A stretch of 60,544 bases of DNA, filler included, from Gonapodya sp. JEL0774 (Eukaryota): assembly GCA_027604505.1 (NCBI GenBank). It is 10 parts of 10 records of this genome, joined end to end, with 100 filler letters (N's around TTAATTAATTAA, not from the genome) between each part and the next. Parts side by side here need not be neighbours in the genome. Positions count along the whole stretch, not along the records: positions 24,387 to 30,345 come from JADIIX010000645.1; positions 30,446 to 36,404 come from JADIIX010000646.1; 8 more parts are not named here. One strand, 5' to 3'. The translations under genes and the position numbers were made by a program. The notes under the pieces are model-generated. The model was not told where the DNA came from and did no database searches. It worked only from the letters and a program-made list of their open reading frames with translations. This document shows, in pieces, positions 24,906 through 36,504 of the stretch; position 1 is the first letter of the stretch; every line of letters starts with the position of its first letter.

Positions 24906-25443
24906 TGTGAGACGTTTCTAAGAGACAAACTGAGTCTCACGTTCATTCACTTTCTTTACTTTTGAATGGTTGATTCAGGCTGCATCACCAGGAGCGTGAC
25001 GTTTTGTAAAACCGTGCCGATAAACTTTTGAAAATCATTTGTAAACTTTGATCCACTCATTGAAGCGAAACAACGCACGACATCAACACCACTTAGATTT
25101 TATAGACACGTTCAATATCTATATAATACCTATCCATGCTACTAAAAATGCGCTACGCAAAGAGACAGTCGACTCACATTTGCTATGCTGACAACCGTTA
25201 AAGCGAAAGAAGCGGCTGTTTTCATTTTACTCCACTTCTTTTCGAGGCATGATTCGGGAATGGGTCAACCATACAAATACTAATCTTTCATATGACGATG
25301 GATGCATAAATATCGACGTTATGTACGTGGAGAAGAAACTTTGAACAAGCAGGTGGACTTTGCAGAACAAAATGTGTCGAATTTATGGTATGTGCTGTGA
25401 ATGGACCACGATCCCGAAACTCTTCCCACCAACTGGCCCAACA

Positions 25444-26912
25444 ATGCCGATACACTACGCCGTCATCTGTGCATCGAACCAAAATCGATCCATGGAGGCC
25501 CATAATGTACTTCAGTATGTGCTTGAGTGACAGTTTTGTAATTGAAGGATTGAGACGATTTCACAAGCTCTTGACCTTTCGATGATGCGTATTGTACCTA
25601 TTCGCCCCCTTTCGCCGCCCGCCTGTTTCCGTATTCCTTCTTGCTGGTGCTTTCAGGAAATCCGGCCGCGATGTCCACTCGTACGGAACCGGAACTGCCG
25701 TTCGTCTTCCTGGTCCGTCCATCGACAAACCCAACGTGTACCCTTTTGGCACACCATATGATGATATTTACAAAGAGTTGGAGGGGAAAGATCCGGATCT
25801 GTGGGTATGGGTGCAAGCACGGGGTGGGATATCTTGAACGAGCATTTTTGGCATGAAGGAAGACGGAAAAGGTTTCTACCTACTGTGGTATTCTACGTCT
25901 CATTCTTTTGATGCCATGGAGCCTCGACTTATTGAAAGGAGCCGGATACAACTTCTGAACCCTCGGAGCAAACCGCGGCGATGAGTTGTGCCCATGCACT
26001 TCAGAACACCACACTGTTTCGGCGAGGTCCTCTCTTCTAACCAAATCCCTGTCACTGTGCTTCATTATCATTCCATTCCCAGTTACACCTCCAACGGTCT
26101 CCTCCACATGCTCGACCGGAACCGCCGGATAAAGCGTGCTCCAGAACGGTTCCAGGACTCAACCGACACGTACGATGTGATTATCACGTGTGAAGAGAGG
26201 TGCTTTGATGCGGTGTGTGAGGGTGAGTTGAGAAGGTTGAAGGGGGATACTTGAACGAGATCAGCCGCTTGGTTTCCGTAGTTGACGGCGTTGGAACACT
26301 CTTTGACTAAAGAAGGTCGTCGGAGCCCGGTGGCCTTTCGCAGCATATGTGGGAGAGCAAAGTGACGCCAATCTGTGACCATCGTCTGACTGCGACTTTC
26401 TTCTTATTCTTGCCTCACTTCCGTGTTTCTCAACCCTCCCCTCCTCCTCCTCTTGTTTCCTTCGCAGACCTCACTCACCGCGGCGGAACGCGAAACAAGC
26501 CGGTGCACGTCGTCAACGTCGAGATCCGGGATAACCACGAGGACGCGGCGGTGGGAGCACGGCAGATTCAGAGGTTGACGGATATGGTGAGTCCGGATCG
26601 AGAAGCCACGCGTGACGGAGTGGAGGATAGGAGGATGGTTTTACGTTGCTTGGGTAGCGCTAGCTGCAGCTTTGGTGGTACGCACTCTGCTTGAATCTCA
26701 CTTGGAATTTGAGCTCATCGGTCTCGCCATTCCCACCCTGCCCGAACTCAACTTCTCGCGCATCTGTTATCGTCTCTCTCCACCCCTCCTCCCATGTGCC
26801 ACGACAAAAGCTTGACGCCAGCGCGGATGTTGACGCTGACGTAGACAGCATTATCAACGAGTTCTCGCGAAAGACTGGGGCTAACGTAGTGCACGCGGTG
26901 CACTTTTACTAG
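25444..26912 (+). CDS. SSU72: RNA polymerase II CTD phosphatase Ssu72 (5 exons)
   Basis: [20 protein letters not shown] (CX5R), [69 protein letters not shown] and terminal HFY*. Confidence 0.96.
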
Positions 26913-28051
26913 TTCACGCACCGAAAATCAGGACACACAAGGACAAAAGACGGGACCGGATATTTGCCTGCCGTCACCGCGCGACGCAATTTGTTACGAC
27001 AAGTTTGAACCGTTCTGCGGGAATGAAGAGTGCTCGCCTGTAATGCGTGGACTGCGAACGACGACCGACTTGCTTTGTGCGGTTTGAATTTTTTTGATAC
27101 TAATTGATGGAAATGGATGTATTGGTAGCTCCTATTCTCAGCTATGAACATGTGCATGTAAGAAAACACCGTTCTTGATTTCAGAGCAACGATATCGTAT
27201 ATCATGTGCCCGAACATTCGACTTGCTCGATCAATCTTGCAATGAGTTCGCATGGACGTGTTGTAGTTGATTGGGGTCTCCTTGATATTGGAGCTCGGTC
27301 CCACGGTGATGTTGTTACGTCTTGTTCTGTCGTTATCACAATTTGCAATATGATGATATCCCCGGCAGTCTTTACCAGGAAGACGGGCTACAGGAGGAGC
27401 GTACTGCATTTGTCTATGTAGCACTCGCCAATCGAAAATTGGATGAGCTCGCACTTGTAGTCTGCAAGGTTAGTGTTTGATCGGAGAGGACGGACCCCGC
27501 CCGCGTACAAGTCCCTCACCGCGACCGATCCGACGTGGCGTCGGTAACAAACGAGCTGGATAGATGGACGGTCGGTCAACTGGTTGGTTCGAAATAGAAG
27601 GTAATCATATTTGGGGTTTCCCGGGGACCCAATTGGGCTTGAGATATGTAACGAGTTTGGCCGCTTGGTCTGGCAGAGAGACCAAACCACCGCTTCTTTA
27701 CAACGAGATCTCCCTCTCAGTACAAAAGATATGTAACTGGTGTGGGCCATTCATTTTTCTTTCCAAATCGGGATTGCGCATTCTGATACCAATAACAAGG
27801 CGAAAGGACTCAGGCTCTGCACGGTATCTCAAGCCACACGGGAACCTGGGGAATCCTGACTGCCCCGCTTGCTGAATCGCCCGCTCGTTGTTTTTCGTTT
27901 CGAGTCGCCTGCTCGCTCTATTTGAGCTCTGCGAGTTTTCCGGATTTTCGGCCCCCCGCTGCTGTCGAGATCACCGCCATTCGAGCCAATCCCCCGGACC
28001 TGTCCCGTTTACACTTTTCCGCGCTGAACAGCGGTCGCATCGGAACACTTA

Positions 28052-30345
28052 ATGTCGTGCTGTGGAGCTGAAGATGAAGATCCTAGGGAGAAGCTGCGCA
28101 ATGCCATTAAGGCGGGAGTCGTGAGAGTGACGGTACGTGTTGGGTCCGTGGCGGCAGAACTCCGTAGACACACTTCGGACCCACGGCGGGCAGTCTGGAA
28201 CGATGTCACGAATAAACTCTGACCTATTTCCGACTGCTTCCGACTGTTGCTTCCTGGCCTGCAGGTGAGGCAGGACACGTTTCAGGTGAGATAGGACGGT
28301 TGTTGCAGACCTACAGAGACCCAAAATGCTAATGAGTTCCCTTTCCCGCCGACCGATTCCGTTCGTCACGTTGCGAATTCCAGCACCTCTCTCACATGAA
28401 TGCTGGCGATTCCAAGCCACGCCCGCTAGGGGGTGGAACGGGGTCACACTTGAATCTGAAGACGTTGGATGTGAGTTGGTTGGCCGAAGATGAGGCCATC
28501 AGCGGTCGCACAATGAGCTCAACCGGGAATATCTTCACATCTCCCTACTCATAGAGTGAAACTGTCGCTCACTTTCGGTCTCTCCAAGCGGCCGCCGCTG
28601 ATGCACTTCGCGATTCAAAATGTGAGTGAATACACAGGGCCAAAGCGCTCTTCATGGGATAAGGACCCTTTACAGACACTTTGCTGCGTGACCGATGAAA
28701 CGCACATTCTTAGAGGCGTTGGAGACGCGGATATTCGGTGGGAGACATGGCCTTGGTGAGGGCAGCGGCCGAGTTTAGAGGCAGCAGCCTCAAAACAACA
28801 CCAAAACATAAGCTCTCATAGAGGCCGGTCAGCGAACTATGGCTTGGGAAGGAGCACAAGCATCAGATGCAACCCGCTCGAGACAAAATACTGGGATTCC
28901 GCACCATAATTGTGCACCTCACTTCATTGGAATCTGGATCATGCCTCAAGTCATGGCCGTCCTCGATACTTTCACCCCTTTAAATGCCGACACTTCCTTG
29001 TCAAAGCCCAATTGCTCATCGTAACCCTCCCTCCTCTGATCCATCCAGCCGCCTACCCTGCCACTCCCGCCCCCACCGTCCCCGCAATGGCTCACATCCC
29101 TGCTACCTCGGGCGCCACCTCCCGCCGATCCCCTCTTGAGCGGGAAGGCGATATCGAATCCCCGGTTTCCTTCAGCACCAAGCTCAACACTCGGGACTCG
29201 TCTCCTACCAGCACGGTCGAAACCTCAGGATCGGCAGGTCACTTGAACGCTCACGGAACCCAAATCGCGCTCAGTGGGTCGACAGTGTCATTTAATACGG
29301 GAACAAAAGGGTACGATGGTCACGGTGGGGACACGGTAGTCGCTTCGGAAGGGGAGGGGACCGCCGCCTACGTCAACACCAGCACACTGAGCAGGATGCG
29401 GCAGTCCATATTTGTGGAAGCATCGGGAGATGCCATGCTTGCTGCAAGGGCACTCGACGCACTCGGGTACGAGGAGGATGACGATCGGAACCGTGGGGTG
29501 ACACCCACGCCTAGTATGGGCGCCCGCGAGGCGACACCGGACCGTTTCTCTGACCAAGACAAGCTGTCGCCCTCTCCCGCTCCAAAGTCGGTCACTCCTG
29601 ATCCGAAGTCAGTTACCCCAACACCAGCCGCTCCTCCTCCCCGCCCATTCTCCCCAGAGACCGTCATCTCCCCATCTCCCTCACCAGAACCCGAGGCGGT
29701 CCCACCCCGATCAGCCTCTGCCGCCGACCTCGCTCGTTCTCCCAGTGTCCTTTCGTCGCCCAGCATGTACTCGTACACCAGTGGTGCGCCAAGCTCGGTC
29801 TCCTCAGTTGCACCAAACGTGGGGCGCGCCATGCAGCCGTTCCCCCCATCCAGTGTCCGCGCACCTGGTTCTGGTCGGCAATTCGAGCAGACAGACGCTT
29901 TCCCACGGAGAAGTGATGTCTCGAGGCCCGTCGAATCTCTTGCGTCGCCCTTGAGCCCCACGGAGTCATCCTCTGGGTCTGAAACGTTCACCCCCCAACG
30001 CCTGCCTGGCCATCCTTCGGCCCCCAGCATCAACTCCGTCTCATCGTATGGCTCTGGAGGACCACCACCCCCTGCGCCAACCCGTACTGCCTTCTTCAAA
30101 CCCCCTGCGGACTTTATCGCCGAACAGCCACGCCGAATGGCTGCTCCACCACCAGGCACGACCCTGTCGTCCCCCATCTCCCCCGCGAGCCCAAGCCCAA
30201 CGCCAGCCACGAATTCGCTCCCTCGACAGTTTGAATCCACTGTGAAACCATCTATCCGAGCTGTCAATGCTCCACTGCCTGTTAAACCGGCACCGGGCAG
30301 ACCCCGCCCAAACGTCCCAGCCGGGCAGTTCGGGACTGTTAATGA
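28052..30345 (+). CDS. Spliced protein with an N-terminal MSCCG motif, a CRIB-like segment and a long Ser/Pro-rich region; 3' end cut by the contig end
   Basis: Exons 28052-28132, 28265-28285, 28384-28470, 28555-28621 and 29049 onward join in phase through GT-AG introns: MSCCGAEDEDPREKLRNAIKAGVVRVT/VRQDTFQ/HLSHMNAGD.../...SAYPATPAP... Confidence 0.65.
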
Positions 30346-30445
30346 NNNNNNNNNNNNNNNNNNNNNNNNNNNNNNNNNNNNNNNNNNNNTTAATTAATTA
30401 ANNNNNNNNNNNNNNNNNNNNNNNNNNNNNNNNNNNNNNNNNNNN
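30346..30445. other. Artificial contig spacer
   Basis: N44-TTAATTAATTAA-N44. Confidence 0.99.
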
Positions 30446-30990
30446 CGCTCCCCAGGCCACCCTACCCACAAACTCTCCTCCATCTCCACCGACCTGTCCT
30501 TCTTTCCCGCAGAGCTCCACGACGTCCACGACCCCTCGAAGAGACGCACGGAGCGAATCGAAGCGCACAGGATTAAGGCGAAGATGGACAAGATGGGGAA
30601 AGAGGAACTGGCGCAGTACTTGGCGAAGTACGCCAACGAGGAGGGGAAGGTGAGTGGATAGGATCCATCCGTCGAGACACGCCAGAGCGGAGGCCGGACC
30701 TCGCCCAAGCGGTCAGCGACGGGCAGAGTCCGCCGGAGGCGAATAGGGCGTCAGCCAGACGGTGCGGGGTAGAGCTCAGAGCCGTGTGTGACTCGTCTCG
30801 CTCCCCATCTCTCCAGGTCCCCGACGACCCTCTTGACGACGACCCTTTGTTGGACCAAGAGGACTACGACGAGGAGCTCGAAGAAGACGACAACGACTAC
30901 GTCGAGGAAGGCGTCTGGGACGACGATTACGAGGCCGTCGGGGGTGGGGGTGGCGAGGAAGGGGGTGGCGGTGGTGGGGACTACGATTGA
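30446..30990 (+). CDS. 3' part of a probable RNA polymerase III subunit C31 (RPC7/POLR3G family)
   Basis: DLSFFPAELH resembles the FPxEL motif of C31. After an intron comes a very acidic tail with EEDDNDY. Confidence 0.55.
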
Positions 30991-32512
30991 AGGGGGAGGC
31001 CAGGGGGAAGGCACGGAGAGGGGAAAGTGGAAGATTCTTTGTACATACATACATACTTTTGCATATAACGTCGATACGTACGTTACGTCGACCGCTGGAT
31101 ACGGACTGCACACGACAGGCACCACAGCGGTCCCCCGCGCGGGGTTCTCTCCTCCCCGTCGGAGTTCAGACGCCACGAAAAGAGTCGGGCCTTTTTTGCT
31201 GACGTACCCAACTCTAGGTGCGGTTTTGCATTTGCTCTGTGATTTGATTTGACTCGATCGCGGTGGCGGGGTGGCACGCATACGTGCGATACATATCACA
31301 GAGATGGTACGTACGTACTTACATTCATGCGCGGGGGACCATTTTATGTATATTGAGACGGAACGAACGTGCGCTCAACGACGGACGAATTGAAATCACA
31401 AAGGAACAAGAACAACGACGGACGACCGACGATCGGACGACCGACCAACCGAACAAACCGATACAAACATCCCGAAAGTCACGTGCGTGTGGAACCCGGG
31501 CGGAAGGGGAATGGGCCCGTGCGGCCTTCGCGAATGCATGCCGGTCTTTTTGGCGGCGCGGTGGGTCGAGGTCGGGGTTGGTGGTGCGGATCACAATCAA
31601 ACAGACGAACGGGGTGTGGGCAGGTGCATTATGGACCTGGTGGCACGTCGTGGTCATCGCGTCCGGGTTAGTTAGTAGCTAGGCTCTGCATTGGGCAATC
31701 CGCGTATTCGCACCCACACGGGAAAGCAAGACTCGCCAGTGACAAGTCGGGTCGGGGATCCGACCAGGCCAGCGCCAGGTGCAAACTCGACAGTTCGCCC
31801 GGCCCGACGACTGATATATTATCGCCGCGTTAGCCGGCGCAAAGGGCCGTTCCGATTCCGTTTCCGCGCGGCTGTTTTGCCCTTTTCCACTTCACTTTTA
31901 ATGAGGATGTATTTCGACGTCTCTCCGACTCTTTGATGGGAGGAACACGAACACGAGCATCTTCGGGCCGCGCGCGTGACTGGAAAGGGATGTCCCAAAA
32001 GCGACTTCAGACCCAGCCCCTACCGATCACAATTTTCATCCACTCTTTCATTGCATCGTCCATCATCCATCGCAGGGTGACGGGGGGCAGTAGCACTGGA
32101 AACTTTCCGCGAAACCGTCACGAGTTCCCGAAGTACGCAAGGGAAGGTTGTATGTACCGGAAGGGCACAACGATGTTCAACGATCACGGACACCTTCTGT
32201 ACTCTCCAGAGAGTAAAAGCCAGTCTCGTTCGAGATTCCGATCAAGTCGCGCAGAGGGGCAGCTCGGTCCGGCAACTGCAACATCGAGCTGTGGCCACCT
32301 TTCGGCCCAGTCCGTTATATCGACACACATGGGCGACACGGGAGCGGCGGGCGGGGTGGCATCATCTGGCATCATGCAGGTTTTCGTAGAAACCCGTGAG
32401 TGGCGGCGGTCAGACGGTGTGTAGGTCAGCGCCCGCCGCGGATCCAAATGACGGTGACGACAACATCCAATCGACGCCCGGACATCTGACCTTGCCGTTC
32501 CCGCCGCTCGCA

Positions 32513-33046
32513 TCATCGGGCCGTTTTATGTTCTCCATCGCCGCCCGGGACCCGTCTACTGCGACCCTCCACACCTGCAAGGTTCCGGCATGACGTTCCG
32601 GAAACTTGCTCTACATCCCATCGCACAGCGTGGCGTGCTGTTTCAGGAAGCAGCTGGGAGAACATCTTTGCAATGAATATGAGCTGCTCTTCTGGATCCA
32701 CCCCTCTAAAATCGAGTACGAAATGCTTCGGGCGGATAAGAAACTTTCTCGTCTGTGCCATTCCTTCACAAGCAGCAAGGCGCTTTCGATTCTGAGTGCT
32801 TCCACCGATTGGCCAAAATTGCCAGAGCATTGCCACCGACCACGGTGCCCAGAATTTGCTTCATTTGCGAGTTTTGGCCAATGATTGATCGTAAAAATGC
32901 AAGTACCCGAAGTTTGAAGTGAAACGAGCTCACCAAACAAGAGCACATGCGGCCTGCCTTCTCCGCGACAAGTGCATCAAGATCCTCTGTAGCAACTCCG
33001 GTGTAAAGAGTACTCGATGGGTCAGGGATTGCCGCTGAGGTTCCAT
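32513..33046 (-). CDS. Short, possibly truncated F-box protein paralog
   Basis: HRVLFTPELLQRILMHL...AACALVC/KFWAPWSVAMLW, with the intron inside the same Cys codon as in the neighbouring paralog. The frame closes after roughly 150 aa. Confidence 0.55.
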
Positions 33047-33755
33047 GTTCTGTTTGGTTTCTATGTTGACAACGCCATTCACTGCCATTCCTGTGCTCTC
33101 AGAAAGAGGCAAAGGAAAGCTCTTGAATTGCTGCGCGTCGCAAAATGGAAATTCGGCGTGGCGTACCTTCGAGTGACTAGTTTCGAAGTGGTTATTGTGA
33201 TTGATGGGTCAGGTAGCGTGGGTCGCCTTCAGCTGAATGATCATCATGGTGCCAGTACAGTACTACATGCAGGAGCGCCAAACCAATGAATCTACTTTTA
33301 GAGTAATTTGTCAGTATACCGTGACCACGTCGTAGAACATAGCGTTGTTACATAAATACGGACTGCCACAAAGTGATGGGTTGATGGTGACTGTGAGAGG
33401 CAGGCGGTACATCGTGGACACTGCTCCAGCGGCGATGTTCCGAAGGAGTACCTGGTAGCAATTTCTTTCAGGCTGTTCCATTTTATCTGAATTCTTTAAA
33501 TCGCTGGTTGGAACGGGCACTGCCATCATTTTTGTACACAACTGCACGCTGAGGTACGCACAACACACAGAGTTGCTCACATCTTTTCAGCGATCTCAAA
33601 CGTGCAGTAAGTTTTTCGCGTATCGTGCAGTCTGCAAATGTGAATCCTGTTCATGTATGTGGGTCTAGAGTCGATAGTACGATCGTTCTCCAGCTGTTTC
33701 CGAGAACGCTTCAAGAGCCCGCATCAGCTCCTATACTCTCTCTTGCTCGATTTCC

Positions 33756-35142
33756 ATGGCGGATAGTAAATCTCGTGGGTGGGCGATCTATGGGTCGGAG
33801 CTTGGATCGAAGGCATCGGCGACACGTCATGGTATTCGGGAAAGGCACTCAAGTGATGGCACTACCCTTGCACATAAAGTCTTCTTGACGGCGGAGCTTT
33901 TGAAGGCCATATTAATGCATTTGGCTAAGAAAGATCTTGCAGCTTGTGCCCAAGTGTGGTGAGTGCAGTTTGTCCTGGTCTTCTCATGCGACCTCATCTT
34001 GATGCACCCCCTTTGCGCTTCTTAGCCAACAGTTTCACTCGGTTGCCGTGGCTACGATGTGGAGGACTTGGATATATGACTGTTCTGCCTCTAGCATCGC
34101 GCGAATGGAGGTTTTTCGTCAAATGGATCAAGCAACGAGAGATCTTATTCGGCCCAGGGAAGCTGATCTGCGCTGTTCTAATATGAAAAGCGACGACACT
34201 GTATCTTGTGCTCGCATAGTGTCTTCCTTTCAATGTGTCTCGCGATGGATCTCGAAATGGAGCATAGATGTGACTAGGCCCAAGGACCTTTTCTTGGGCC
34301 TTTGCAGCGTTCTTTTCAGCACCAGCTCCATGATTACTGTGCTCTGTATCTACAACCTCGATAAAGAGTACATCCCGTGGCTGAATGAGCTTCTTCCCCG
34401 TTGCGGTAACCTCAAGCACCTCGAGCTCTTATATACTCGCCAGAGCAGGTTGCAGAGTAACGTCCAGCTCCCGAAATCTTGGGATTCTATCCAGCAGCTG
34501 GGATTTAAGTGGACTGATGTAGCCAATCCGGTAGCGATAGCAGGGTACGGGAACCTGGTGTGCCTCGCAGTCCATGAATCTGATGATTGGGTATTTCTCT
34601 CGAAGTTGCCTGCTGATCAGACTCCGTTTCCGAAGCTTTGTTGCTTGATTTTGAGGGACTATCAGATGCCCTGGGTAGGCCTTGCAAGGATTCTCTCGCA
34701 CGTTGGTCGCACGGTCACCTCTCTGGACCTTTCTTTCACAACCATGAGTGAAGCCACTCGACTGAGCTACAAAATGGTGGTCAATATCACTGACACGTGT
34801 CCAAATTTAGAATATGTTGCCCCCAAGCACTACGGAGCCATGTCATTATCAGTACCAATGGCCCTCGTTCAAAAACTTCCAAAACTTGTTGAGCTTTCCC
34901 TTGCAGGACATGGGGATGAGATTATCCCAGATGGACTAGCTAAAATGATTTTTGACGATATGGTGGTGGCAAGGAAGGTTCCGTTTCGTCTCTACTTCAG
35001 GTGGAAGGAAGAAGATCTGGATGACACCCTGGTGGAGGAGATGCAGCAATGGCCAGATCCAAATCTCGGCGGCCATCCGCCCCTGGAAGAAAGCGAAAGC
35101 GTTTTATGGATGGAGTCGTATAAAGGGTTTCAGTTAGAATGA
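33756..35142 (+). CDS. F-box protein with an RNI/LRR-like C-terminal region (2 exons)
   Basis: HKVFLTAELLKAILMHL...AACAQVC/QQFHSVAVATMW, then LRR-like CGNLKHLEL, FPKLCCLIL, VTSLDLS, CPNLEYV and LPKLVELSL. Confidence 0.75.
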
Positions 35143-35373
35143 TGCGGATGTGCCAGATATTCATGCAGACGACAAACATTCCAATGAGTGAAACTTTGAG
35201 CGATCACGGGAGACTTTTTCATGAATTCAATGTAAAGCATGGTCATGTGCTCTCTGGCATGTAGTAGTGGATTGGACTGGGACACGTCTTTTGTACGAAA
35301 TCTATGATCTCTTCACGTGTACGGTACTATCGTGCATCTCTATCATGTATGTACACCATCTAAAATTTCAACT

Positions 35374-36404
35374 TTAAGCCCCCGCGATAGTACTCGCGAA
35401 AATTTCCCGACTGGAGGATAGTCATACAAAAGGTCGTGGAGGATGTAGGTTGCCGCGTGAGAGCGTCCCAAATGGATCCATTTGTTCAATATGGTTCAAT
35501 CACCACATCTCTCGCAGCACTTAGATATACTCACATGATCCTCGGAATATCCGACCCCTGCATGGCCACAAAGGCTTTGCCTGGGGGCAATTCCGTGCTC
35601 AACCGTTGGGCCTCATCCTCCAAGGTTCCTAGATGATTGGAAGATCGACAATCGTCAAACCATACGTCGCCGATCGCGGTTTTCGCGAGCTCTGACAAGC
35701 ATGAAAACGTACACCCCGGTCACCACTCACCTATGAACACCGCCACGCACGTCACCTTGGGATCGCTCGTCAAAACCTTTCCGAAATCCCTGGGTGCGAT
35801 CCCGTACCGCCTTAAGTTGGCGTCGCTCAGTACCACCACCACCCAATCGTCCGCATCCTCCTGCGAGATATCTACGACGGCCTGTTTGGTCGCCGGTAAT
35901 GTGTTGTCTCCACTGCCCGTAAACTGTGCGTGCTGGAGCATGGTACGGACGACTTTTAGCCGGTCCATTTCGTTCTGCGGCGGTCGGTCGGCATCCACGA
36001 GGGGGATGCAGTCGCTGTCACCAGAGTGGCCGACAATATCGTATTTGTATTTGTGCCCGAGGGTTTGGAGAGCCTCCATTAGCTGAGGTGGGTCGGCGAG
36101 ACAGAGTTTGAACAGGATCAAAAGAATCGCGACGACGGGATCTCACCATGATGGCGGTTTCCAAGCTCCGACTTAACCGCCCGTCGACGCCGTTGAAACG
36201 GTACATGCTGGAGGGAGTGATAACATGAGTGAGTTACATGCGTGGTGACATTGTACTTGAAAGTGATTCCACCTCCTACTAAACGAGAAAACCTGGTGCA
36301 ACGTACCTCCCGCTCAGATCGAACAAAAACTTTAGCCGTTTGGGTTTCTTCTGCGGTGCTCCAAACTCTGGTTTCTCCTCACCCCGCCGCTTGTAGATGG
36401 CGTG
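35374..36404 (-). CDS. VWA8: C-terminal vWA domain of VWA8; 5' end cut by the contig end
   Basis: IYKRRGE..KPKRLKFLFDLSGS/MYRFNGVDGRL, YDIVGHSGD, SGDNTL, VLSDANLRRYGI and terminal REIFASTIAGA*. Confidence 0.88.
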
Positions 36405-36504
36405 NNNNNNNNNNNNNNNNNNNNNNNNNNNNNNNNNNNNNNNNNNNNTTAATTAATTAANNNNNNNNNNNNNNNNNNNNNNNNNNNNNNNNNNNNNNNN
36501 NNNN
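36405..36504. other. Artificial contig spacer
   Basis: N44-TTAATTAATTAA-N44. Confidence 0.99.

Noticed and set aside
31000..32500. ORFs of 100-160 aa between the C31-like gene and the F-box pair
   Set aside because: I could not build a motif or a consistent splice model.
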